Positions 36,354 through 45,865 of a DNA stretch of 64,000 nucleotides are shown one piece after another (within the stretch, counting starts at the first letter, position 1; every line of letters starts with the position of its first letter). The position numbers were made by a program, and so were the translations under genes. Under the pieces are notes generated by a model. It saw only the letters and a list, made by a program, of their open reading frames with translations, was not told the DNA's origin and searched no databases. The stretch covers positions 68,422 through 132,421 of the forward strand of contig JAYQQF010000009.1 in assembly GCA_038145705.1 (NCBI GenBank). The letters are read 5' to 3'. Source of the stretch: Alphaproteobacteria bacterium. Its GTDB lineage: Bacteria; Pseudomonadota; Alphaproteobacteria; SMXQ01.

Positions 36354-37133
36354 ATGGACCTTGGAATCAAAGGCAAGCTGGCGCTGGTGACGGGGGCGGG
36401 TCGCGGCCTTGGCCGCGCGATTGCGAAGTCCCTTGCCGACGAGGGCGCGCGGGTCGTCGCGACGTCGCGGACGGAAGCCGACCTCGATGAATTGATGGCC
36501 GAGATCGGCGGAACTGGCGCCGGGCATCTTTCGGTCCCGATGGACATCGTGCCCGAGGGCGGGCCGGCGGAGCTTTTGCGCAAGTCACGCGAAGGCGGTT
36601 TCGATCATTTCGACATCGCCGTCCATAACGTCGGCGGGACCCTCGACATAAAGGATCCTTTCTGCTCCGTCGAGGACTGGCGGCGCGTCTACCGCTTCAA
36701 CTTCGAGGTCGCGGTCGAGCTGAACGCCTTGATCGTGCCCGCCATGCAGAAGCGCAAATGGGGCCGTGTCGTGCATATTTCCTCGATTTCGGCGATGGAA
36801 AACCATGGTCCCGTCACCTATTGCGCGATGAAGGCGGCATTGACCGCCTATACCCGCAGTTTCGGCGGCGTTGTCGCGCCCGACGGCGTGGTGATCTCGG
36901 CTGTCCTGCCGGGCGCCGTATTCACCGAAGGCGGTTACTGGGATACCACATCGCGGGAAAACCCCGAGCATGTGCGCAAGTATCTGACGGAACGTCAGCG
37001 CATCGGCCGCTTCGGCCGGCCCGAGGAAATCGGTAACTACGTAGCCTACCTCTGTTCCGAACTCGCATCCTTCAGCACGGGCAGCATCGTGCCGGTGGAC
37101 GGCGGGCAGGGCAGGGGCTATTTCGGCCAGTAA
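36354..37133 (+). CDS. SDR family oxidoreductase
   Basis: TGAGRGLG with a YxxxK core (YCAMKAA). Confidence 0.8.
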   Translation: MDLGIKGKLALVTGAGRGLGRAIAKSLADEGARVVATSRTEADLDELMAEIGGTGAGHLSVPMDIVPEGGPAELLRKSREGGFDHFDIAVHNVGGTLDIKDPFCSVEDWRRVYRFNFEVAVELNALIVPAMQKRKWGRVVHISSISAMENHGPVTYCAMKAALTAYTRSFGGVVAPDGVVISAVLPGAVFTEGGYWDTTSRENPEHVRKYLTERQRIGRFGRPEEIGNYVAYLCSELASFSTGSIVPVDGGQGRGYFGQ

Positions 37134-37164
37134 TCAGGGCCAGTAATCAGGGCAGGAACCCAAT

Positions 37165-37953
37165 ATGACCGCCAACGTGCTCAACAAGGATTTGCGCCGG
37201 CTGATCGTCGACATGACTGTCGCCGGGCGCGACGGGCATATCCCGAGCGCCTTCTCGATCGTGGATATCATCACCTATCTTTACGACCATGTTCTTCGGA
37301 TCGATCCGAAGAAACCGGATGATCCCGCGCGCGATTATTTCGTCCTCAGCAAGGGGCATGGATGCCTGGCGCTTTACGTCAACCTGCGCCGGCATGGGTT
37401 CATTACCGATCACGATATCGACACCTTCTGCAAGAAGGGCGGGATCCTCGGCGAGCATCCCGATCTGTGCAAGGTGCCGGGCGCCGAAGCGTCGTCGGGC
37501 TCCCTCGGCCATGGGCTCAGTTTTGCGGTCGGCATCGCGATGGGGCACAAGATCAAGAAGATGAACAACCGCATGTTCGTCCTGATCGGCGATGGCGAAA
37601 GCCACGAAGGCACCGTCTGGGAAGCAGCCCATGTCGCGGCCAATCACCGGCTGAAGAACCTCTGCGTGATCGTCGACTGGAACCGCTCGGGCATGCAGCT
37701 TCTGCCGATGGACGACCTGCCGGCGAAGTGGCGGGCCTTCGGCTGGCACACCCAGGAAATCGACGGCCACGACGAGGCCCAGATCAAGGCTGCCTGCGAT
37801 GCGGTCGCGGCCAAGACGACGGACCAGCCGAGCGTGATCGTTGCTCATACGGTCAAAGGCAAGGGCGTGCCGATGATCGAAGGACACGGCATGTGGCATC
37901 ACCGCATTCCCAACAAGGACGAATACGCTCACATCATGGAAGTGTTGTCATGA
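37165..37953 (+). CDS. transketolase, N-terminal (ThDP-binding) subunit of a split transketolase
   Basis: HIPSAFSIVDI...LSKGHG...GSLGHGL...GDGESHEG, the transketolase N-section. Confidence 0.8.
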   Translation: MTANVLNKDLRRLIVDMTVAGRDGHIPSAFSIVDIITYLYDHVLRIDPKKPDDPARDYFVLSKGHGCLALYVNLRRHGFITDHDIDTFCKKGGILGEHPDLCKVPGAEASSGSLGHGLSFAVGIAMGHKIKKMNNRMFVLIGDGESHEGTVWEAAHVAANHRLKNLCVIVDWNRSGMQLLPMDDLPAKWRAFGWHTQEIDGHDEAQIKAACDAVAAKTTDQPSVIVAHTVKGKGVPMIEGHGMWHHRIPNKDEYAHIMEVLS

Positions 37954-38882
37954 CCCCGGAAAAAGCCCTGCGTCAGCAGTTCGCCGATACCATGCTGGCG
38001 GTCGGCCAGGAAGACAGAGACCTCGTCGTCATCGTCGGCGACATCAGTCACGGCATCCTCCAGCCCTTCGCCAAGGCCTGCCCGGAGCGTTATTTCAACA
38101 TCGGCATCCTTGAACCGACGACCATGAGCCTGACCGCCGGCATGGCCCGCGTCGGTTTGTATCCGGTGCTGCACACGATCGCCCCGTTCCTGATCGAGCG
38201 CTCGTTCGAGCAGATCAAGCTCGATTTCTGCTATCACAAGCTGCACGGCAACATCATCACCGTGGGCAGCGCCTTCGACTATTCGAACCTCGGCTGTACC
38301 CATCACTGTTACGGCGACTTCGCCTTGCTCAAGACCCTGCCGGGTGTCGAGATCACCTACCCGGGATCGGCCGTCGAGTTCGATGCGCTCTTCCGTCAGG
38401 CCTATCGCAACGACAAGGTGACCTATTACCGCCTGCCCGGTACGCCGCACGGGGTCGTGTTCAAGCCCGAGGACGTCGTGCTAGGCAGGGGCATCAAGGT
38501 GGCAGAGGGGTCCGATATCACCCTGATCGGGACCGGCCCGCACCTGCGCACCGCACTGGATGTGCGTGACCGCCTGGCGGCCGAAGGCAAGAGCGCCGAG
38601 GTGCTCTACATCCATACCATCCGCCCCCTCGATTGCGAGCTGGTGCGCGCGAGCATTGCCAAGACCCGGAGGGCCGTGGTGATCGAGGAACACATGCGAT
38701 CGGGCGGGCTCGGCGACGAGGTGCTGAGAGAAACGCGGGACATTCCCGATGTCAAGTTTGCCTCCGCTTCGATCCCGGACCGCTTTGTCACCGGCTACGG
38801 TACCTACGAGGACCTGCTCGAGAGCATCGGGCTGACGGTTGATGGGGTCCTGTCGCTGATCGCGGAAAAGCGTTTCTTCTGA
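37950..38882 (+). CDS. transketolase, C-terminal (pyrimidine-binding plus C-terminal domain) subunit
   Basis: ATGA overlap with the upstream subunit. Transketolase C-section motifs (YFNIGILEPTTMSLTAG...). Confidence 0.8.
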   Translation: MTPEKALRQQFADTMLAVGQEDRDLVVIVGDISHGILQPFAKACPERYFNIGILEPTTMSLTAGMARVGLYPVLHTIAPFLIERSFEQIKLDFCYHKLHGNIITVGSAFDYSNLGCTHHCYGDFALLKTLPGVEITYPGSAVEFDALFRQAYRNDKVTYYRLPGTPHGVVFKPEDVVLGRGIKVAEGSDITLIGTGPHLRTALDVRDRLAAEGKSAEVLYIHTIRPLDCELVRASIAKTRRAVVIEEHMRSGGLGDEVLRETRDIPDVKFASASIPDRFVTGYGTYEDLLESIGLTVDGVLSLIAEKRFF

Positions 38883-38893
38883 AAGTCAGGGAA

Positions 38894-39892
38894 ATGAGCA
38901 ACGAGCGCACGCGAGCCATTGTTCTGGAACAGGTCGCTGCCCTTTCGGGCAAGGCGGATACGGTGGTTTCCGTCTGGGACACGCAGATTTTCCCGCTGAC
39001 CGTCGGCGGGCTGCTCATCGGGTTGCAGGAAATCCTGATGCTGCGCGCGCTCGTGGGGGCGCGGCGCGGCGTTCTTTGCGTGATTTCCCCGAAGGATGCC
39101 GGAGGCGGCGTGGCATTCAGGGCCGGCGATGCCGTGCCGAACCCGCTCGTGGAATTTGCGATGGCGACGCAAGCCATCGAGGAGTTCCATTACCTGCCCG
39201 ACCACGCTGCGGTTGCCGGCGTTGTCGCCGGGCGCTCCGCCCTGCTCTGGCCGTCCGAAACGGTTGCGCGGGAGCGGGCCCATGTTTATGGCACCACGCT
39301 TTACCTTCAGGCCCTTTACGACAGGCTCGGCAGGTTGCCGATGCTCTCGGTAGCAGGTCCCGCAAAAGAGTGGGCTCGGCGGTTTCTGGCTGAAAAATTC
39401 GGCGCCCGCCCGGTCATCGCCCTGCACCTGAAGAACAAGCCTGGTGCGATCAACGAAAGCAACGCGAATTTCCCCGCCTGGGCGGAATTCCTCGCAGAGG
39501 CGCCGGTGCGCCACGAGTGCGGCTTCGTCCTCGTCGGCAACGAGCCGGTGCCTGATTCGGTTCGGTCCCTGCCGCATGTCGTGCTCGCAGCCGACCATGG
39601 CAGCGCCTTGTGCCGCGATCTCGCCCTGATCGACTGTGCCCAGGCGTTCATGGGCATGGCGAGCGGCCTTTGCCAGATGGCGATGTTCGGTTCGAAGCCC
39701 TACATCGTGTTCAAGAATCCCGGACACCATGCCCCGGAAATGCAGCTTGAGCTTGGCGATGCCGATGGCTTCAACTTTTCGGGCAGGGCGCAGAAACTGC
39801 TGCGCATCCTTGATTCCCAAGATGTCCTTTTCCGCGAGTTCGGCGACGTTCTCGATGCTCTCGAATGCGGGACCGAGGAGGCCAGAACATGA
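38894..39892 (+). CDS. hypothetical protein, glycosyltransferase family 9 (heptosyltransferase)-like
   Basis: A weak GT9-like pattern (RPVIALHLKNKPGA...FVLVGNEP...ALIDCAQAFMGMASGLCQMAMFGSKPYIVF). Confidence 0.4.
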   Translation: MSNERTRAIVLEQVAALSGKADTVVSVWDTQIFPLTVGGLLIGLQEILMLRALVGARRGVLCVISPKDAGGGVAFRAGDAVPNPLVEFAMATQAIEEFHYLPDHAAVAGVVAGRSALLWPSETVARERAHVYGTTLYLQALYDRLGRLPMLSVAGPAKEWARRFLAEKFGARPVIALHLKNKPGAINESNANFPAWAEFLAEAPVRHECGFVLVGNEPVPDSVRSLPHVVLAADHGSALCRDLALIDCAQAFMGMASGLCQMAMFGSKPYIVFKNPGHHAPEMQLELGDADGFNFSGRAQKLLRILDSQDVLFREFGDVLDALECGTEEART

Positions 39893-40695
39893 CCAGTGGA
39901 ATTTCCGGAAAGATTGCACTCGTGACCGGCGGGGGCAGCGGCATCGGGGCCAATATTTCGAAAAAGCTGGCGGCGCTTGGCGCCCATGTCTGGATGTTCG
40001 GCCTGCACGAGGAGAACCTTGTCCGGACCGCGGATGAAATCCGCCGTGACGGCGGGTCGGCGGAGTTCCGCGTGACGGATTTTGCAAAGCCCCATGCTCC
40101 CGAAGAGGCCGTGCGCCTTGTCGTTTCGCACGCCGGCCGCATCGATATTCTGGTCAACAATGCACGCAACCGGCAGCGGACGAATCTGCAGACGGAGACG
40201 CTTGAAAGCTGGAATGAATCGATTGCAGTGCTGCTGAGCCTGCCTTTTTTCGCCTCCCAAGAGGCCATGAAAAGCATGGAAGCCCGGAAATCCGGGTGCA
40301 TCGTCAACATCAGTTCGACCTCGGGCCTGTATTCGAGCCATGAGTCGCCCGCCTATCATGTGACCAAGGCGGCACTCATTCATCTGACCCGGTATCTTGC
40401 CAACCGGGGCGGCCCTTCGGGTATCCGGGTGAATACCGTCACCCCTGGTTTCATCATCAAGGATGAACATAGGGCGCGATACCAAGGCGACGGAAACGAG
40501 GCTTTTCGCGAAATGGTGGAATACATCCATCCGCTGCGGCGCCCCGGTTACCCGGATGATGTCGCCGAGGCGGTCGCCTTTCTCGCTTCGGATGAGGCGG
40601 CCTTCATCACCGGTCAGAATTTGACGGTTGATGGCGGCCTTGTCGACCAGGGGCCGTGGGAATTGTTGACGGGTTATCTCAAGGACAGGGAATAA
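39889..40695 (+). CDS. SDR family oxidoreductase
   Basis: TGGGSGIG with YHVTKAA. ATGA overlap with the upstream gene. Confidence 0.8.
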   Translation: MTSGISGKIALVTGGGSGIGANISKKLAALGAHVWMFGLHEENLVRTADEIRRDGGSAEFRVTDFAKPHAPEEAVRLVVSHAGRIDILVNNARNRQRTNLQTETLESWNESIAVLLSLPFFASQEAMKSMEARKSGCIVNISSTSGLYSSHESPAYHVTKAALIHLTRYLANRGGPSGIRVNTVTPGFIIKDEHRARYQGDGNEAFREMVEYIHPLRRPGYPDDVAEAVAFLASDEAAFITGQNLTVDGGLVDQGPWELLTGYLKDRE

Positions 40696-40784
40696 ATTCA
40701 GTCTTCATGTGATCAGGTAAGTACTGCCTTGCGAAAATCTTGCGGGGCCATCTGCAAAAGGGAAAAGTCCAAAAAGGATAGCCA

Positions 40785-41453
40785 ATGGGTCAGGAAATCA
40801 ATCTTCTCTCGGAATATCCGCGTTCCAAACGACCGATCGACGATCGCGCCAAGCTGATTACCGAAGAGCATCGCGCCGTCGCCCGCAAATTTGGCCCGGA
40901 ATTCTTCGATGGGGACCGGCTGACCGGGTATGGAGGGTTTAATTACCATCCGAGGTTCTGGACCGATACGGTGCGCCGGTTCCGCGATCATTACAATCTG
41001 GCATCCGACGCGCGGGTTCTCGATGTCGGCTGCGCCAAGGGCTTCATGATATATGACTTCAAGCTGCTGATGCCTGAAGCTGATGTGCGCGGTATCGATG
41101 TTTCCAGCTACGCGATAGAGCATGCGAAAGAAGAGGTTCGGGAGTTCGTGCAGGTTGCCGATGCAATGCAGCTGCCATATCCCGACAACTCCTTCGATCT
41201 TGTGATCTCGATAAACACTATCCATAACCTGCCTCTTGATCAGTGCAAGCAGGCTTTGCGGGAAATCCAGCGCGTATCGAAAAAAAACGCCTTCGTAACG
41301 ATGGACGCTTGGCGCAACGAAGCGGAAAAAAAGGCGATGCTCGCGTGGAATCTCACCGCGCTCACCTACATGCATGTGGATGACTGGAAAAAAGTTTTTG
41401 ATGAGGTCGGTTACACCGGTGACTACTATTGGTTCATTGCTGAATCGGCCTGA
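40785..41453 (+). CDS. class I SAM-dependent methyltransferase
   Basis: Motifs VLDVGCAKG and DLVISINTIHNL. Confidence 0.7.
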   Translation: MGQEINLLSEYPRSKRPIDDRAKLITEEHRAVARKFGPEFFDGDRLTGYGGFNYHPRFWTDTVRRFRDHYNLASDARVLDVGCAKGFMIYDFKLLMPEADVRGIDVSSYAIEHAKEEVREFVQVADAMQLPYPDNSFDLVISINTIHNLPLDQCKQALREIQRVSKKNAFVTMDAWRNEAEKKAMLAWNLTALTYMHVDDWKKVFDEVGYTGDYYWFIAESA

Positions 41454-41474
41454 TTCGACTGGGACCCTGCTCCG

Positions 41475-42470
41475 TTGTCATCCTTAAGACCGGATTTAGG
41501 AACGATCGCGAGGCTGTTGATCGGTTTCGCCCTGCTAGGGCTGCTTTATTACCAGGGGGCGCTGGATCCGGTATGGCTGTTGAACCTGTTCCAGAACAAG
41601 GCCCATGCCAGCCTGGCGATATTGCTGCTGTTTGCGACCGTTCCCCTGTCTGCCGTGCGGTGGCACATACTGCTTCGTGCCGCGGGCCATCGCCAGGCGT
41701 TCAGCAGCAAGATGCGGATGGCTTTCATCGCCAATTTTTTCAACGTCTTCCTGCCCGGATTATTCGGCAGCGATTTCGTGCGGGCGACACTGGCCGTGCG
41801 CGGCGCCCATGAGCGTTATACGGGACTCGCGCTTTCCGTCATCGCTGACCGGCTGATCGGTCTCGGCGGGTTGATCATTCTCGGCGCCATTGTCGTGTTA
41901 TGCGGTGGCGTACAGCCGATGGGCCAGATTGCCGTCCTGATTCTGCCTCTTTTGATTGGGTACGTAATGGGTATAGCGATCGTGGTTTCGCCGGCGCGCG
42001 CCTTGGTGACGAATTTGATGCGGCGGTTCATTCCATCGGGACAAAAAGTAAATGTCTTCATCGAAGAGGTAAGTACGACGCTGAGGTCTTGCAGCGACCG
42101 CTTCCTTGTGTTGTGCCTCGCTCTGGCGCTCTCGGTCATGCTCAGCGTAATGTCGGTCGCCGGTCTCGTGTTTATTGCTGCTGGACTGGGCAGCCTGAGC
42201 CTGCCGGTTCTGACCTTTGGTGCCATCGGCACGCTATCCCTCCTCGCCAACGCGATTCCGCTGACGCCTGTTGGAATCGGAGTTGGGGAGTTAGCCTTTA
42301 TCCACTTCGCCGAAGTGGCCAGCAATGAAGCCGTTGGTTCTATGGCGATGGTATTTCTCGGCTACAGGATGTTTTCCATAATGGTCGGGCTGACGAGACT
42401 GGTGCCCTTTATCCTCTCGCACTGCGCAAAAAATTCTGTCGAAGGACAGCAAAAGGAGCACGTGTCATGA
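41475..42470 (+). CDS. flippase-like domain (lysylphosphatidylglycerol synthase TM region / UPF0104) integral membrane protein
   Basis: About 8 predicted TM helices and the UPF0104-typical RW..LLRA motif near the N-terminus. Confidence 0.55.
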   Translation: MSSLRPDLGTIARLLIGFALLGLLYYQGALDPVWLLNLFQNKAHASLAILLLFATVPLSAVRWHILLRAAGHRQAFSSKMRMAFIANFFNVFLPGLFGSDFVRATLAVRGAHERYTGLALSVIADRLIGLGGLIILGAIVVLCGGVQPMGQIAVLILPLLIGYVMGIAIVVSPARALVTNLMRRFIPSGQKVNVFIEEVSTTLRSCSDRFLVLCLALALSVMLSVMSVAGLVFIAAGLGSLSLPVLTFGAIGTLSLLANAIPLTPVGIGVGELAFIHFAEVASNEAVGSMAMVFLGYRMFSIMVGLTRLVPFILSHCAKNSVEGQQKEHVS

Positions 42471-43522
42471 GTGCGCCAACCATTCAGGCACGCGCCGCGG
42501 TGTTGTCGCAGATCGGGTGTCCACTCGAACTGGTCGATCTCGAGATTCCGGAACTCAAGCCTGGACAGGTCCTGGTCGATATCGCCTGGAGCGGCGTCTG
42601 TCACAGCCAGCTCAACGAAGTCGAAGGCCTTCGCGGACCTGATCCATATATTCCGCATGCTTTGGGACATGAAGGCAGCGGCATCGTCAGGAGCATCGGC
42701 GGTGACGTCGCGAAGGTCCGTCAGGGCGATCGGGTCGTATTGACCTGGATCAAGGGTACCGGCGCCGATGTTCCCGGGACCGTCTATGGGAGCAAGCTTG
42801 GGGCGATCAATTCCGGCGCGGTCAGTACCTTCATGACGAGAGCGGTGGTCAGCGAAAACCGCATCGTACGTATTCCGGATGATTTCCCATTGCGTGAGGC
42901 GGCTTTGTTGGGTTGCGCCGTCCCGACGGGAGCGGGTATCGTCTTCAACACGCTATCGCCCAAGTCGGGCCAATCCATCGCGGTATTCGGTATCGGCGGG
43001 GTCGGCGTGAGCGCCGTCATGGCCGCGGCGATGTTGGGCGCCGGCCCCATCATCGCGGTGGATCTCAACGACGACCGCTTGGCAATTGCCAGGCGCTTCG
43101 GCGCCACACACCTCATCAATGCCGTGCGCGAAGACGTGCTTGCCGCGATCCGTGAAGCGACGGGAGGACAGGGCGTCGATTTCTCGATAGAGGCTGCCGG
43201 CCGCAGCCAGACGATGGAAAATGCCTTTGCCGCGGTCCGTGGCGCCGGAGGGCTGTGCGTGGTGGCCGGAAATCCGCCTCATGGCACGAAGGTAAGTATC
43301 GACCCCTATGATCTCATTCGCGGCAAGCGGCTGGCGGGGTCCTGGGGCGGCGATTCGCGCCCGGACCGCGATATCCCGGTTTACGCGGGCCTTTATCGAG
43401 ACGGCAAAATGCCCCTCGATCTTTTCTCCGGCAGGGAATACGGACTCGACGCAATCAATGCCGCATTGGATGACCTCAGGACAGGCCGCGTCCTGCGTCC
43501 GCTGATCAACATGTCGTCATGA
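42467..43522 (+). CDS. zinc-binding alcohol dehydrogenase family (MDR) oxidoreductase
   Basis: GHEGSG catalytic-zinc motif and the Rossmann motif GIGGVG. Confidence 0.8.
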   Translation: MSAPTIQARAAVLSQIGCPLELVDLEIPELKPGQVLVDIAWSGVCHSQLNEVEGLRGPDPYIPHALGHEGSGIVRSIGGDVAKVRQGDRVVLTWIKGTGADVPGTVYGSKLGAINSGAVSTFMTRAVVSENRIVRIPDDFPLREAALLGCAVPTGAGIVFNTLSPKSGQSIAVFGIGGVGVSAVMAAAMLGAGPIIAVDLNDDRLAIARRFGATHLINAVREDVLAAIREATGGQGVDFSIEAAGRSQTMENAFAAVRGAGGLCVVAGNPPHGTKVSIDPYDLIRGKRLAGSWGGDSRPDRDIPVYAGLYRDGKMPLDLFSGREYGLDAINAALDDLRTGRVLRPLINMSS

Positions 43523-43669
43523 TAGTGTTCGCTCACATCTACGGGGGTCGCTACTCGGTGCTATTCGGCTATTGCCTCGATGTATCCGACCTGTCGCTTG
43601 CCAAGGTGTCGGCGAAATTTCCCATCATGGATTCTCAAGAAAATTATTCCCCAACAAAATAGTTCAGGC

Positions 43670-44863
43670 ATGAAGAAGCGAATCCTTTTCATAACCGTTG
43701 ACTTGGACATCGGCGGAACACAGTGGCACTTGGTGCAGCTCTTGCCGGAACTTGTGAAGCGCGGCATCGAGCCAACGGTTTATACCATCAGACATAAGGG
43801 TAGGCTGGCGGATATCCTCGAAGGTGCCGGAATCGAGGTGATCGCGCCGCCGTTTGCCAAGGGTATGCGATTCATTCCCCAGCCGCTCAGACGCATCGTA
43901 GTCATTGTCGTCAGCGGAATCAGCCTGTATCTGCTGCTTTGGCGGCGGCGGCGGGATTACATACATTTCTTTCTACCGATGGCTTACCTGATGGGTGGCC
44001 TGTTGAGCTTGTTCGTTCCGGTCAAGATTCGAATCATGAGCCGGCGCAGCATGAATCTTTATCAACGTGCGCATCCCGTTCTCGTGCGTATCGAGCGCTG
44101 GCTCCACCAGTTTGTCGATGCCGCACTCGCCAACGCGAAATGCGTCGTTGCCGAGCTTCGGGAAGAAGGCGTAAGCGAGAGCAAGCTGGGATTGATCTAC
44201 AACGGGATCGACCTCAGGCGGTTCGAGGGACTCCCCAGCCGTCGCGAGACACGGGCGGAACTGGGAATCGACGAAAATGCTTACGTGATGACCATGGCGG
44301 CGAATTATCTGGCATCAAAGGGCCACGCCGACCTGTTGACGGCTCTGGCGTTGATCAGGGATGAACTGCCATCAGATTGGCACCTCCTGCTTGCGGGCGA
44401 GGACCACGGGTCCTTGCGCGCCCTCCAGGAGCAGACCGCGCGAAGCGGTCTTGGCCCGCACATCCACTTTCTCGGGGGTAGAAAAGATATTCCCGCGCTT
44501 TTGGGGGCTTCGGATATCGGAATACTCTCCTCTCATCAGGAGGGCTTCTCCAATAGTGTTCTCGAGGGAATGGCGGCGCGCCTGCCGATGATCGTCACGC
44601 GCACGGGCGGTAATCCCGAAGCAATCACGGATCGGCAAAACGGTATCGTGGTGCCGGTCAGTAGCCCGAAGGAACTGGGTGACGCCATACTCGTGCTGGC
44701 CGCAGATCGTGAACTTGGGCGCCGCTATGCGGAAAATGCGCGTGCCCGCGTTGAATCGGAATTCACCATCGACGCCTGTGCTGAACGGTATTGCCGCTTC
44801 TATGCCGGGCTCGGTAAAGGGGAAAAAGTCGACCTAAGGTCGATTCTCCCCAATGACGACTAA
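43670..44863 (+). CDS. glycosyltransferase family 4 (GT-B)
   Basis: C-terminal GT4 motif (SHQEGFSNSVLEGMAARLPMIVT). The start MKKRILFIT at 43670 is chosen over the upstream ORF extension. Confidence 0.8.
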   Translation: MKKRILFITVDLDIGGTQWHLVQLLPELVKRGIEPTVYTIRHKGRLADILEGAGIEVIAPPFAKGMRFIPQPLRRIVVIVVSGISLYLLLWRRRRDYIHFFLPMAYLMGGLLSLFVPVKIRIMSRRSMNLYQRAHPVLVRIERWLHQFVDAALANAKCVVAELREEGVSESKLGLIYNGIDLRRFEGLPSRRETRAELGIDENAYVMTMAANYLASKGHADLLTALALIRDELPSDWHLLLAGEDHGSLRALQEQTARSGLGPHIHFLGGRKDIPALLGASDIGILSSHQEGFSNSVLEGMAARLPMIVTRTGGNPEAITDRQNGIVVPVSSPKELGDAILVLAADRELGRRYAENARARVESEFTIDACAERYCRFYAGLGKGEKVDLRSILPNDD

Positions 44864-45065
44864 ATTGGCGACTTCCTGATATGTCTGGATGCATAAAATG
44901 TTTTGCCGCCCGCAAGGCGCCACTCGATGCAGCCGTTATTCCCGCGCGCTTGAACTTCAGGCAGCGGCAAGCAGGAATTTCCGCTTAGTGAGAACAGCGG
45001 CTTCGGCATTGTCCATTGTGACCGGTCCCGATGTTTCAGAACAGCGAAGTCAGCCGATGGGTGAA

Positions 45066-45668
45066 CTAGTCGCCGTGTCTGCTGGCGTGCTTCAGAATAT
45101 GGGCCGCCGCCGCGCTCAGGTCGGGGAAAATCGCCGTCGCCCGTGGCAGTCCTCGTTCTTTTTCATGTGCCAGCCGATCGATTTCCTTGGCGCCATGGCC
45201 ACTTCGCAGCAGGTAGGTGGTGCCGAGCCCTGCATTGATGCCGGCTTCGATGTCGGTAAGCGTGTCACCGATCATAATGCTGGACGAAAGCTCGATACAG
45301 AAATCGCGGGCGGCCTGCAGAAGGAGACCCGGGCCCGGTTTTCTGCAGTCGCTCGCGCGCCGATAGGCTTCAACAGAAGCTTCAGGATGGTAGGGCGAAA
45401 AATATATTGCGTCGATTTTTGCGCCCTCTATCGCAAGAAGAGTCAGAAGCCGTTCGTGTATTTTTTCGAGCCCCTCCTCACTGAGGTACCCACGGGCAAT
45501 CGCGGATTGATTTGTCACGACGATGACAAGCCATCCCGCAAGATTGAGCGATCGCACGGCTTCCGCCGCGCCAGACAGCAATGCGATCTGATCCGGATCC
45601 GTGATGTAACTTTGCTCACGGTTCAGAACGCCGTCGCGGTCCAGAAAAATTGCACTCCTTTTCCGCAT
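45066..45668 (-). CDS. gmhB: D-glycero-D-manno-heptose 1,7-bisphosphate phosphatase (HAD-IIIA)
   Basis: Motifs FLDRDGVLN, VVTNQS and KP..G. About 200 aa. It is the only minus-strand gene inside the locus. Confidence 0.8.
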   Translation of the reverse strand: MRKRSAIFLDRDGVLNREQSYITDPDQIALLSGAAEAVRSLNLAGWLVIVVTNQSAIARGYLSEEGLEKIHERLLTLLAIEGAKIDAIYFSPYHPEASVEAYRRASDCRKPGPGLLLQAARDFCIELSSSIMIGDTLTDIEAGINAGLGTTYLLRSGHGAKEIDRLAHEKERGLPRATAIFPDLSAAAAHILKHASRHGD

Positions 45669-45865
45669 CGTGTGATGACCTTGGCAAAACTCTCGCGTCT
45701 CAAGTCCGCCCATCCGCAGCGGGTAACGCCCAGAATCTTAGATTGTTTTCAACGAGTCAATTCTTGGTACGCAGGGCACCCATTCTCGGCGCCCCAGGGC
45801 ATGGACATTAAAAATATCCGGCAACAACGGCGATGTATCGAGCCTTATAAGGCGGAGTCAACGAC

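Noticed and set aside
37362-37949. Upstream extension of the transketolase C-terminal subunit ORF (37362-38882)
   Set aside because: It overlaps the N-terminal subunit gene in another frame. The ATGA-coupled start at 37950 (MTPEKALRQ) gives a protein of canonical length.
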